A stretch of DNA of 55,528 nucleotides, from NCBI GenBank assembly GCA_045863295.1, contig BTWA01000041.1, positions 1 through 55,528 of the forward strand, read 5' to 3'. The stretch comes from Candidatus Hydrogenedentota bacterium (lineage in GTDB: Bacteria; Hydrogenedentota; Hydrogenedentia; Hydrogenedentales; SLHB01). This document shows, piece after piece, positions 10,455-19,954 of this stretch; positions within the stretch are counted from its first letter, which is position 1; every line of letters begins with the position of its first letter. A program made the position numbers and the translations under genes. The notes under the pieces were generated by a model, which searched no databases, was not told the origin of the DNA, and was given only the letters and a program-made list of their open reading frames with translations.

Positions 10455-11878
10455 GGTTTTCCCCTGTCAGGTGCAGTGGCGGCTTGCCGTTCCTTGGCAG
10501 TCGGTGCGTTGGGAACGTTTACAGAAGGCATCCATTTCGCCATTTCTTTCTTCAGGTCGGTCAATTCAACTCTTCCTGCCAGATTCGTCCATTCCAGGGG
10601 ATCGTTAGAATGGTCGTATAGTTCCTCGCCACCGTCGGCGTAGCGGATATACCGCCAGCGTTCATTTCGCACCGCATGATTGTTTTGACCGTAGGTCGTA
10701 ACGGCGGGTCGTTGCCAATATGCCGCTGGATCCCGCAATAAAGGCACGATGCTTTGGCCTTCCAGACTGTCCTTGGGCGGCAGGCCGCAGGCGTCCACGA
10801 GTGTCGGATATAGATCCAGCAAACTCACGGGCCGATCGCAACGGCCTCCGGCCTTGGCTATACCCGGCGCGGCAATAATCAACGGATTTCGCGTGGCTTC
10901 TTCCCATAGTGCGAACTTGCGCCAGTGTGTTTTTTCGCCCAAGTGCCATCCATGGTCGCCCCATAAGACAATGATTGTATTGTCCGCGTGCGGACTTTTC
11001 TCCAAGGCATCTACCAGCCGGCCCACACAAGCATCCGCGAATGCGATGGAGGCCAGATAACAGGAAACGGCCTTGCCCCAGTTATCTGACTCTATCACGC
11101 TACGGTGGTCGGCGGTTCGCGCAAATTCACGGCCCATCGCCGGGACATCGCTGAGATCGTCATCTTTAATGGTGGGAATGGTCACTTTGTCCGCGGGAAA
11201 CATGTCCACGTATTTTTGGGGCACATACCAGGGAAGGTGAGGTCGTATCATGCCGGCAGCCAGAAAGAAGGGGCTCTCGTGTTTCTCCTGCAATTTGGAA
11301 ATGGCCCAATCGACGACCTTCCAGTCGCCCATGTCTTCGTCGGACGCCTGCAGCGGACCCCAGTCAAAGTGCGACTCATTTCCCGGGATATCATTCATGG
11401 GGAGCTTTGGCGGCTCCGGATCGGCAGGCCGCTTGAAGTACTCGTCCCAGTTTTCGGGTTCCTCGAAACCGCCATGGTAAATCTTGCCCCCACCCATGGT
11501 CCGGTATCCATTCGCATGAAAATACTGCTGGAGGGTTACGGCGTCTGGCATGACAGGTCGCCAAGGCTGGCTGTTGTAATAGACGCCCGTGGACGAGGGC
11601 CGCAGCCCGGTCATGATAGCCGTTCGCGACGGATTGCATACCGGCGCCGCGCAATACGCGTGCGTGAACAGCACGCCCTTGGCCGCCAGCCGGTCGATAT
11701 TGGGAGTCTTCGCATCCGGGTGTCCGCCGAGACAGCCAATCCAGTCGTTTAAATCGTCCATGGGAATGAACAGGACATTGGGTCTGTCCGCCGCAGAGAC
11801 TGAATCGATGAGCGGATGAGTTACAGCCGCGGCGACCACCGCCGAAGCGCTCTGCAGAAATGTGCGCCTAGTGACCAT
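10451..11878 (-). CDS. Tat-exported Cys-type (formylglycine) sulfatase, iduronate-2-sulfatase-like
   Basis: TRRTFL Tat motif; PNVLFIPMDDL; CNPSRTAIMTG; GKIYH; RPHLP; DHGWHLGEK. Confidence 0.93.
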   Translation of the reverse strand: MVTRRTFLQSASAVVAAAVTHPLIDSVSAADRPNVLFIPMDDLNDWIGCLGGHPDAKTPNIDRLAAKGVLFTHAYCAAPVCNPSRTAIMTGLRPSSTGVYYNSQPWRPVMPDAVTLQQYFHANGYRTMGGGKIYHGGFEEPENWDEYFKRPADPEPPKLPMNDIPGNESHFDWGPLQASDEDMGDWKVVDWAISKLQEKHESPFFLAAGMIRPHLPWYVPQKYVDMFPADKVTIPTIKDDDLSDVPAMGREFARTADHRSVIESDNWGKAVSCYLASIAFADACVGRLVDALEKSPHADNTIIVLWGDHGWHLGEKTHWRKFALWEEATRNPLIIAAPGIAKAGGRCDRPVSLLDLYPTLVDACGLPPKDSLEGQSIVPLLRDPAAYWQRPAVTTYGQNNHAVRNERWRYIRYADGGEELYDHSNDPLEWTNLAGRVELTDLKKEMAKWMPSVNVPNAPTAKERQAATAPDRGKP

Positions 11879-12121
11879 GGTTCTGCTATGCCCCAAGTTT
11901 GTTTGTGGATTCTCCGCAGTATCGCAAATATACAAGCGGTGACACCAGCCAAGGGGGAACTGCTCGAACAAGGGCAGCCGTTGCCCAAGGCTGGTCGCAT
12001 TGATAGTGCCGCTCACATCGTCTAGACTCAATGGTCATCGCCTGGGTGCACCAAATCGCTTCACCGGGGACGCGAACCGGGTGCTACCATTTCGCTTTAG
12101 GCCATTGGGGAGACGTCTGTT

Positions 12122-14326
12122 ATGCGATTAATTCCATTGTCTACATTAAGATTGGGAACCTTATTATGTGCACTATTCCTGGCTGCACAAGCCAGGCCGG
12201 TGGATTTACCCGGTCAAGGTGCCGATGCAGGCAAGGCGGTTGTCTATCGGGACACGTGGGGTGTCCCGCACATCTACGCGCCGGACATGGAGTCTGGTCT
12301 ATATGCGATGGGTTGGGCACAGGCTCAGGATCGGCCGGTAGAACTGCTGAAGAACCTGAAGCGCGGACTTGGCGAATTGGCCAGCGTCGAAGGTAAAGGC
12401 GGCATCAACAGCGATCGCGTGGCGCACATGTGGCGGCTCTACGATAGCTGTAAAGAAGATGCGGACAAGGTGCGCCCTGACATACGAAAGCAAGTTCAGG
12501 CTTTCGTTCGTGGAATCAACGACTACTATGCCGAGCATGCGGAGGATGTTCCCGAATGGTGGGGCAGTCGTCAGGTCGATGAATTCATGGTTGGCGCATT
12601 TGGCCGGTTGTTCCTGCAAAACTGGTCATTTGACGACGGCTTCGATGATTTGAAGCGCGGCGGTGTCGAACCCGGAACCGACGAGCGAGTACAGCGCGGA
12701 TCCAATCAATTCGCAGTTTCGCCTCAACGCAGTGCAGAAAAAGTGCCCATCCTCTATATCGATCCGCATCTGGGATGGAGCGGCGCTTCGCGCTTTTGGG
12801 AATTCCGGGTCCATGCAGGGGACTGGCATGGCAGCGGGTTTTCCTTGGCAGGAATCCCGTACGTAGGTCTCGGTCATAATGCCGACATGGCGTGGGCCAT
12901 GACCACCGGCGGGCCGGACACTGCGGATTGCTTTGAGTTGACGGTCAATCCCGACAATCCCATGCAGTACAAATACGATGATGGGTGGCGCGACTTTGCC
13001 ATTCGCAAGGTGACGTTGACCGTAAAGGATTCCGATCCCGAAACAGTGACCCTTGTGGATTCCCATCACGGTCCCGTTGTTGCGTTCAAAGGTGGGAAAG
13101 CCTATGCAATCCACTCGGCATATGTGGACGCGGTTCAAGGCAATGAGGCGTGGTACGAGTTCATCATGGCCAAAGATTACACCGGCGCAGTACGCGCCAT
13201 GGCTACCCAGCAGCTCTTCCCCCAAAATGTCATGGTGGCCGACACTTCCGGAAACATTTACTATCAGCGCACTGGCCGGGTTCCAAAGCGGGTCGAAGGA
13301 TACGACTGGTCAAAACCAGTAGACGGCTCCACCTCAAAGACGGAATGGCTTGGTCTTCACGAGTCCAGTGATCACCTGCAAGTGCTGAATCCACCACAAG
13401 GATTCATGCAAAACTGCAACATTCCACCCGACGCCATGATGCCCGACAGCCCTTTCTCATTAGCCAAGACCATCCCGTATTTGTTTGCTGATCTCAGTCA
13501 TGGTAACCGGCGAGATGGGTGGAGTAACTCACGCGGCGCACGTGCGGTCGAATTGCTGGCTGCAGACGACTCCGTTACCGTTGAAGAAGCGCTGGCCTAT
13601 GCCGTGGACACAAAAGTCTTCGGCGCCGATCGCTGGGTCGAGATCCTTCGTATGGCAAACAGCAAGTTCGGATCAGCATTGCGCAACAACGCGGCTCACG
13701 CTCGAGCACTGGATGATTTGTTGCAGTGGAACAACCGTCTCGACGTGGTCTCGACAGGGGCGCTCAAATACTACTACTGGCGCCGGCAGCTCAACACAGA
13801 CTATCCAGATGAAATGCCTGCCGCAGTGGCCAAAGTCGACAACTATCGCGCATCGCTTGGTGAGCCTTCGCCGCCTCTGGATTTCAATGACGAAGAATTG
13901 CAGGCGGCATTGGATAGCTTTGGAAGGGCAATGGATGCGCTGCAATCCGAACTCGGATCACTGGACAAGACCTATGGCGATGTCTTTCGGGTCGGGCGCG
14001 ACGCGGACTCTTGGCCTGTGGCAGGCGGTGGAGACAGCGATAAAGGTATGACCACGTTGCGCAACGTGAAGTATGGACGAGAGAAAGACGACCATACGCG
14101 ATGGGGCCAGAGCGGTCAGACGTCCACCCAGATTGTCGTATTGACCAAGCCTATCAAGAGCTGGACCTTTGTGCCGTGGGGGCAAAGCGACCGCGAGAAT
14201 TCTCCTCATTTTGACGACCAGGCGGAGATGGCATTTTCGCCGGCGAAATTGAAGGAATCCTGGTGGATGCCAGAGGACCTCGTCCAACACGTGGAATCCC
14301 GCACTGAATTGCCGAAAGCAAAGTAA
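12122..14326 (+). CDS. Secreted penicillin acylase family (Ntn-hydrolase, S45) protein
   Basis: RDTWGVPHIYA, GWAQAQDR, G-SNQFAV autocleavage Ser, DPHL; signal peptide. Confidence 0.92.
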   Translation: MRLIPLSTLRLGTLLCALFLAAQARPVDLPGQGADAGKAVVYRDTWGVPHIYAPDMESGLYAMGWAQAQDRPVELLKNLKRGLGELASVEGKGGINSDRVAHMWRLYDSCKEDADKVRPDIRKQVQAFVRGINDYYAEHAEDVPEWWGSRQVDEFMVGAFGRLFLQNWSFDDGFDDLKRGGVEPGTDERVQRGSNQFAVSPQRSAEKVPILYIDPHLGWSGASRFWEFRVHAGDWHGSGFSLAGIPYVGLGHNADMAWAMTTGGPDTADCFELTVNPDNPMQYKYDDGWRDFAIRKVTLTVKDSDPETVTLVDSHHGPVVAFKGGKAYAIHSAYVDAVQGNEAWYEFIMAKDYTGAVRAMATQQLFPQNVMVADTSGNIYYQRTGRVPKRVEGYDWSKPVDGSTSKTEWLGLHESSDHLQVLNPPQGFMQNCNIPPDAMMPDSPFSLAKTIPYLFADLSHGNRRDGWSNSRGARAVELLAADDSVTVEEALAYAVDTKVFGADRWVEILRMANSKFGSALRNNAAHARALDDLLQWNNRLDVVSTGALKYYYWRRQLNTDYPDEMPAAVAKVDNYRASLGEPSPPLDFNDEELQAALDSFGRAMDALQSELGSLDKTYGDVFRVGRDADSWPVAGGGDSDKGMTTLRNVKYGREKDDHTRWGQSGQTSTQIVVLTKPIKSWTFVPWGQSDRENSPHFDDQAEMAFSPAKLKESWWMPEDLVQHVESRTELPKAK

Positions 14327-14346
14327 GGCAATGACCAACTGAAAGC

Positions 14347-14378
14347 GTGGGCGGCTCGCCGAGCCGCCCACCTTATTT
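14347..14378 (+). terminator. GC-rich hairpin, probable terminator
   Basis: GTGGGCGGCTC-GCC-GAGCCGCCCAC followed by CTTATTT. Confidence 0.6.
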
Positions 14379-14465
14379 GAAGCAAAGCACGGAAATGGTA
14401 CGGGCTTATACGGTAGAATGCGGGGTGAGTTCGAGCCATTCGCTCGATCGAGAAGGAGACGTGGC

Positions 14466-17456
14466 ATGATCCGGATCTCATCCTGTTTTATTCTCACGCT
14501 TGCAGGGACGGCCTGGCTGCCCACTACCGCCGCTGCCGATGCCATCATTCCTGTGGAAGCCAGGGAAAGCGCACTTGTCATACCCACCTATCCAATCGGC
14601 CCCGAGGACGTGAATCCCCGATTCCCCGCATACGACGGATCAGTCATCTATCCCTACACCATGCAGGATCACTTGTCGGCAGGGAAGGAAGACAAGACTT
14701 ACCGGACGCTGGAGTTGGAGAACGAGTATTTACGTGTAACCTGCCTTCCCGAAATTGGGAGCCGGATCCACTCAGTTGTTGACAAGACGACCAACGAGGA
14801 GATGTTTGATACCAACGAGGTGATTAAGCCGGGACTGATTGGCTTGCGTGGAGCATGGGTGTCCGGAGGCATCGAATGGAATGCCGGCCCTCAAGCGCAT
14901 ACTGTTACGAGTTATTCGCCGTGCGATGCCACACTGGTCTCTCATCGGGATGGTTCGGCCTCATTGGTCATGGGAAACATTGAAATGGTCGGGCGAACCC
15001 GGTGGACAGTCTGGTTGACGCTGAGGCCCGGGCGTTCGTATCTCGAAGAACGCATACGAATGGAAAATCCCACGGACACTCCCAAGGTCTACTATTTCTG
15101 GAACAATACCGCGTTTCCATGTCATGACGGAACACGCTTTGTCTACCCTATGACGCTGGGTACTGACCATAATGGTACCGAGTTTTTCACCTGGCCGTTG
15201 CACAACGGCAACGATCTCACGTGGCTCAAGAACTATGATCGGCCGACTTCCGTTTTTGCCTACGAATGCGAATTTGACTTCTTCGGGGCGTACGACACGG
15301 TTCGCGATCGAGGTATTGTGCAAGTTGCCGATCACCGCGTGCTCGTCGGCAAAAAAGCATGGACATGGGGCGTGTCGGATGACGGTCTCATCAGTATGGC
15401 CAATCTCACCGACGACGGATCCCGCTATATCGAAGTGCAAAGCGGCCCCCTGGAAACACAAGCGGACTACGGCCTCCTGAACCCACATCAACATATTGAA
15501 TGGGACGAGTGGTGGTACCCGGTACACGGACTCGGAGAGGGTTTCGAGTTCGCGACGAAGGATGTCGCCATACAAACCATACCGAGTGGGGGAGCGGGGG
15601 GCGCCTTGTCATTGCGCATAGCTGCCACCGGCGATTTTCCCGCATCGAAAGTAATCCTGCACAAAGATGGAAAGCCAATCCCCGCCATCCCCGCGGATCT
15701 GTCGCCGCGCGGAGCGGTTGTCGTCGATTGCGGTGTGAGCAGTCCCGTGACTGTTACCATACAGGACTCCGATGGCAATGAATTGGCGGCTTTCACAACG
15801 CCTCTGGATATCCCCGTCAAGCGTCCGCCTGCGAACGAGCCTGACAACCCGGAAAAGACAGCGAGCGAGCATTTTCTCGAAGGCGTGTTGCTGAAGAAGC
15901 AGATGAAGCCCATGCAAGCCAAGTCAGCTTTCGAAAAAGCGATCGCGCAGGACGCATACTTCGCAGCGGCCTCTCGCGAGTTGGGCGTACTTGCACTCGA
16001 TTCGTTTGAATACACTGGCGCGATCGATTTGCTTGGACGGGCCACTTCGATTGACGCAGACGATGGCCTCGCATGGTACTACCTTGGCGTGGCCCAATTC
16101 CGCAACGGAGACTTTCAGTCCGCGCTGGACAGCGCCGGCAGGGCCATCCGCACACTCGCGTCCGCCGGCATTGGATACGATCTGGCAGGCCGGGCCCACA
16201 TGCGACTCGGCAATCCCGAGGCCGCGGCCCTCGCGTTTCAACATGCGGTTAACCGTAACGAACAGGATACCCAGGCGGAAAACCATCTTATGATGGTCCT
16301 TCGCGCAGCAGGCGACAACAAAGGTGAACAGGCGCTCGCCTTGAAGCGGATTATCGAGGATCCACTGGACCTATTGCCGCATCTGATCCACGCGCGGTAT
16401 TTGAAGCGCGAGGAAGCGATGTTTGACCGGTGCATGGAAATGATTGGGGAAGATGTTTTTGAATGTACGGAAGCGAGTATCGCGTTCGCGGAGTTGGGGA
16501 TGTTCGGGTATGCCCTCAATGCATTGCAGATTTTGGAAAAAAGGGAAGCCGTCGGCCCGAAGCCTATGGTGCATTACATGGCTGCGTATTACGCTCATTC
16601 CCTGGGCGAGGATGCGCTCGCGGCCGAACAACTGAATCTGGCACGTACGGTGAATGCCGACTACGAGTTTCCGTCACGTCCCGAACTGCTTCCGGTGTTG
16701 AACTACGCCATACAGGATAACCCGAACGATGCGCGCGCCCATATGTTGTTGGGGCATTTGTATGCAAGCGCGTTCCGCACGGAGGAAGCGAGCCAATTGT
16801 GGAGCCGTGCCGTAGAACTGGATCCAACATTGAGCGTTGCGCATCGAGCATTGGCATTTCACCGGTGGAAGAAGTCAAACGACAAATCCGCGGCGGAAGG
16901 CTCTTTCAGGGCCGCTATTGAGGCGCGACCCGCTGATCAGACGTTGTATAGGGATCTGGCGGGCCTGTTAAGTGAACAGGGCCGTCATGCAGATGCCATT
17001 TCACTGTTGGAGTCAATGCCGGTTCAAGGCCGTCAACGGCTCGATACCGTCATGTTGCTTGCCGAAGCGTACAATAGCCTCGGCCGCCATGCGGATGCTC
17101 TCGCCTTGTTGGAAAAGCAAAGCTTTTCCAATTGGGAACTTAATACCCGGTCGAGGGCCATCTTCGTGAGCGCGCACACGGCGCTGGGCAAACTCGCCAT
17201 GGAATCCGGCAAGGCCGACCTTGCCGCGACGCATTTCCAGGCGGCGTTGACCTATCCCGCCTTTCTTGGTGTGGGAAAGCCCGCGGAGCCTCAGGATGCG
17301 GAATCCTACTTTTGGTTAGGACAATCATTGCTGCAGGCAGGAAAGCGAGACGAGGCACGCCAGGCATTCACGGATGGAAAGAACAGCGCCGAGGGTTCGG
17401 ACAACCAGAAACTTCACAAGCAGAAATGCAGCGAAGCACTCGCGAACATGGGTTAG
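14466..17456 (+). CDS. Secreted DUF5107-domain protein with C-terminal TPR array
   Basis: LENEYLRVT.LPEIG.RI, VIKPGLIGLRGAWVSGGIEWN, GKKAWTWG, YIEVQSG motifs; many TPR-like helices; AAGGAG RBS. Confidence 0.88.
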   Translation: MIRISSCFILTLAGTAWLPTTAAADAIIPVEARESALVIPTYPIGPEDVNPRFPAYDGSVIYPYTMQDHLSAGKEDKTYRTLELENEYLRVTCLPEIGSRIHSVVDKTTNEEMFDTNEVIKPGLIGLRGAWVSGGIEWNAGPQAHTVTSYSPCDATLVSHRDGSASLVMGNIEMVGRTRWTVWLTLRPGRSYLEERIRMENPTDTPKVYYFWNNTAFPCHDGTRFVYPMTLGTDHNGTEFFTWPLHNGNDLTWLKNYDRPTSVFAYECEFDFFGAYDTVRDRGIVQVADHRVLVGKKAWTWGVSDDGLISMANLTDDGSRYIEVQSGPLETQADYGLLNPHQHIEWDEWWYPVHGLGEGFEFATKDVAIQTIPSGGAGGALSLRIAATGDFPASKVILHKDGKPIPAIPADLSPRGAVVVDCGVSSPVTVTIQDSDGNELAAFTTPLDIPVKRPPANEPDNPEKTASEHFLEGVLLKKQMKPMQAKSAFEKAIAQDAYFAAASRELGVLALDSFEYTGAIDLLGRATSIDADDGLAWYYLGVAQFRNGDFQSALDSAGRAIRTLASAGIGYDLAGRAHMRLGNPEAAALAFQHAVNRNEQDTQAENHLMMVLRAAGDNKGEQALALKRIIEDPLDLLPHLIHARYLKREEAMFDRCMEMIGEDVFECTEASIAFAELGMFGYALNALQILEKREAVGPKPMVHYMAAYYAHSLGEDALAAEQLNLARTVNADYEFPSRPELLPVLNYAIQDNPNDARAHMLLGHLYASAFRTEEASQLWSRAVELDPTLSVAHRALAFHRWKKSNDKSAAEGSFRAAIEARPADQTLYRDLAGLLSEQGRHADAISLLESMPVQGRQRLDTVMLLAEAYNSLGRHADALALLEKQSFSNWELNTRSRAIFVSAHTALGKLAMESGKADLAATHFQAALTYPAFLGVGKPAEPQDAESYFWLGQSLLQAGKRDEARQAFTDGKNSAEGSDNQKLHKQKCSEALANMG

Positions 17457-17465
17457 GCCAGCCCA

Positions 17466-18746
17466 TTATCGGGGTTCGTAGATCTGTACGCCAAAACGGT
17501 CATTGGACTCGAACAGGGCATATACCTTGCCATTCTTGTCAACCGTTGCCCAGTTTTCCTTGTGTTCGGAAACTTCCAAACTGATACCCGTGATGTAGTC
17601 GCCGTTATTGTTGTATTTCATAATGCTGATGGTTTTACCATCGTTGTCTTGGAGCGCGCCGCCGTAGCCGCGTTCTCCCCGTACCATCAGGTACAGGTTG
17701 CCCCACTGGTCGTCGCTCATGCTGTGCACATACACGTGGCCGTCAGGTGGATCGCCGTGTGCAAATGAGTACAAGTAGGCCCCGTTCGGAGCGAACTTTT
17801 TGCACGGACCGTAGTACCCGGTTACAAAAACGTCGCCCGCGGGATCCACCACGAGGCCATGTGGTGCATTGAAATCCGCGACGCCGGGTCCGTCCTGCCC
17901 AAAATCGAACAGGAATTTACCCGCACGGTCGTATACCGAAACACGCATGTTGTCGACATCGGTTATGTACAACCGCTGGTCTCTGTCAAAGTCCATGCCA
18001 TGGGCGCGAAGGATGTCGCCGTGGCGCGTGCCTTTTTCTGCAAAGATGTGTAGAAATGTGCCTTCGTGCGAGAATACCTGCACACGCGGCTTATCGCTCT
18101 TCTCGTCTGTAACGAATATGCGGCCATCGGGATCTGTGTAGACTACTCGAGGCTTCTTTACCTCACCCGGCTTTTCACCCGCCCCTGTTCCGATATCGCC
18201 GAGGTATTTGCCGTCCGTGGTGAATCGCAACACCCGGTCGCCGCCGTAGTCTGCAATGAGAATGTTGCCGTCCTTGTCAAAAGCAATGCAGTGCGGATCC
18301 GTGAAATATTTAGCTTCGGCTTTGGTCTCACCCCAGGTCCCCACAAATTCGTAGGCAGGACCGGGCTTCTCCATCAACACCGTCGCGAACAGGAATGCAT
18401 TGGTTGCGTCGGTGGTTTCAGCGCCTATGTGCAGTTCGCGAATAGCTGGCGCCGATTGGGGTGCGGTATAGACACCTTCTTTGGAAATGGTTCCCACGTC
18501 GCTATTGCCGCCCGTGATACCGTTGACCTTCCAGGTAACATTTGCAGCCAGCCGCGAACCGTGCATGCGCTGTGCCACGACGATTACCTTGAATTGCTGG
18601 GACGCGCCCGGATCCAATGTAGCCAGCGACGGCGAGATTCGCGCGCGGCCCATTTCCGCGAAGGAAGGGACAGAAAGCACTATTGTGACGATGACGGCCC
18701 ATACCGACACGCGACAAAATGAGACTGCACTTATATGGTGTTGCAT
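17466..18746 (-). CDS. Secreted Ig-like + NHL-repeat beta-propeller protein
   Basis: Signal peptide; VTWKVNG...GTIS..GVYTAP Ig-like motif; repeated F..P.....D..G.I.V.D....RV..F...G units. Confidence 0.85.
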   Translation of the reverse strand: MQHHISAVSFCRVSVWAVIVTIVLSVPSFAEMGRARISPSLATLDPGASQQFKVIVVAQRMHGSRLAANVTWKVNGITGGNSDVGTISKEGVYTAPQSAPAIRELHIGAETTDATNAFLFATVLMEKPGPAYEFVGTWGETKAEAKYFTDPHCIAFDKDGNILIADYGGDRVLRFTTDGKYLGDIGTGAGEKPGEVKKPRVVYTDPDGRIFVTDEKSDKPRVQVFSHEGTFLHIFAEKGTRHGDILRAHGMDFDRDQRLYITDVDNMRVSVYDRAGKFLFDFGQDGPGVADFNAPHGLVVDPAGDVFVTGYYGPCKKFAPNGAYLYSFAHGDPPDGHVYVHSMSDDQWGNLYLMVRGERGYGGALQDNDGKTISIMKYNNNGDYITGISLEVSEHKENWATVDKNGKVYALFESNDRFGVQIYEPR

Positions 18747-18971
18747 TGACGACTCCCCCAAGTAACTTCCCTTCCAGCCGGAAGACGAACGGCCGCGCCT
18801 TCCCACGCCGGAGAGGACTATAGCGCGTCGGCATGGGGTCAAGGCAACCTGTACATTTTTTCATGGTGGAACGACCGGCACCCCCTCTTGAAATCGCTCC
18901 GCCGGCAACACTTTAGCTTCCAAGAAACGGCTTGATCGGGGGAGGCGAAATTAGCTAATATTCCCGTCTGT

Positions 18972-19087
18972 AATCCCACCCGCACCGGGGTGGGATTCTG
19001 TCTGTTGCTGCCAAATTGGTGCGAGGCCGTATCCTGTATCGGTGGCAGCGGGGCCGTCTTTCCCTAACTTGGGGAATGACACAGACA
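18972..19087 (+). ncRNA. Candidate structured 5' leader (cis-regulatory RNA) of the arginine decarboxylase gene
   Basis: 10-bp hairpin (18972-18997) plus three-way junction: P1 18999-19005/19081-19087, P2 19006-19050, P3 19056-19080; ends just before the RBS. Confidence 0.45.
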
Positions 19088-19106
19088 TGGAAGAAGGTAT
19101 GGAAGG

Positions 19107-19679
19107 ATGACAAACGTGCCGGCGGAAGCGAAGGTCATGGTACCCCGCAAGATGTTTTTGACCAAAGGGGTGGGCGTTCATACCGAACGGCTGGCGTCTT
19201 TCGAAGCAGCGTTGCGTGATGCCGGTATCGAAAAATTCAACCTCGTTTACGTTTCCAGTATCCTTCCTCCGAACTGCAAAATCGTAAAGAAGGATCAAGG
19301 GGTTAAGCAGCTTAATCCGGGGCAGATCGTGCATTGCGTCATGTCTCGAAGCGATACGAGCGAACCCAATCGCCTGATCGCAGCCGCCATCGGCCTTGCC
19401 GTGCCCAATACACCCCACCATTACGGTTACATTTCGGAACACCACGCTTACGGGCAAAAAAGCGTTATCGCCGGTGAATATGCCGAAGATTTGGCGGCCA
19501 CCATGCTCGCGACCACGCTTGGCATTGAGTTCGACCCCGAAAAAGCCTGGGACGAACGCAAGGAAATCTATAAAGCCAGCGGGCTCATCATTACGACACG
19601 CAACATTGTACAATCCGCCGAGGGCCATAAGAATGGCTTGTGGACAACTGTGTTGACGGCCGTCGTGTTCATTCCCTAA
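19107..19679 (+). CDS. pdaD: Pyruvoyl-dependent arginine decarboxylase (PdaD/AaxB family)
   Basis: [32 protein letters not shown] with Ser-Ser autocleavage site, [18 protein letters not shown]. Confidence 0.93.
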   Translation: MTNVPAEAKVMVPRKMFLTKGVGVHTERLASFEAALRDAGIEKFNLVYVSSILPPNCKIVKKDQGVKQLNPGQIVHCVMSRSDTSEPNRLIAAAIGLAVPNTPHHYGYISEHHAYGQKSVIAGEYAEDLAATMLATTLGIEFDPEKAWDERKEIYKASGLIITTRNIVQSAEGHKNGLWTTVLTAVVFIP

Positions 19680-19703
19680 GTCTCGCTCTATTCTCAAACT
19701 TTT

Positions 19704-19739
19704 AGGCCCCTTTCCCAATATGAGAGGGGCCTTTCCTTT
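19704..19739 (+). terminator. Rho-independent terminator after pdaD
   Basis: AGGCCCCTTTC/GAGAGGGGCCT stem followed by TTCCTTT. Confidence 0.75.
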
Positions 19740-19764
19740 GCCAGGCTGACGTATCGCTTTCCCG

Positions 19765-19782
19765 CTTGTAGATATCTACAAG
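19765..19782. promoter_or_regulatory. Perfect 18-bp palindrome, putative operator upstream of the giant surface-protein gene
   Basis: CTTGTAGATATCTACAAG is its own reverse complement; intergenic. Confidence 0.5.
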
Positions 19783-19954
19783 AAGGGTCTTAACCGCGCG
19801 AATTCACCACGGAATATGGTAGACTTTGGGAGACTGGCCGGTTCTCGTTCTAAAGAGCCGGTTTCTGGCTGTTGCAAGGCACGCACACTAGTAGTTCCAA
19901 AACGGATCGGGCGTCGGTCTGTCTTAATGTGCCAATACAAATTTGGTAGGGGCT

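Noticed and set aside
18951..19718. 255-aa - strand ORF
   Set aside because: Antisense shadow of pdaD; no recognisable motifs.
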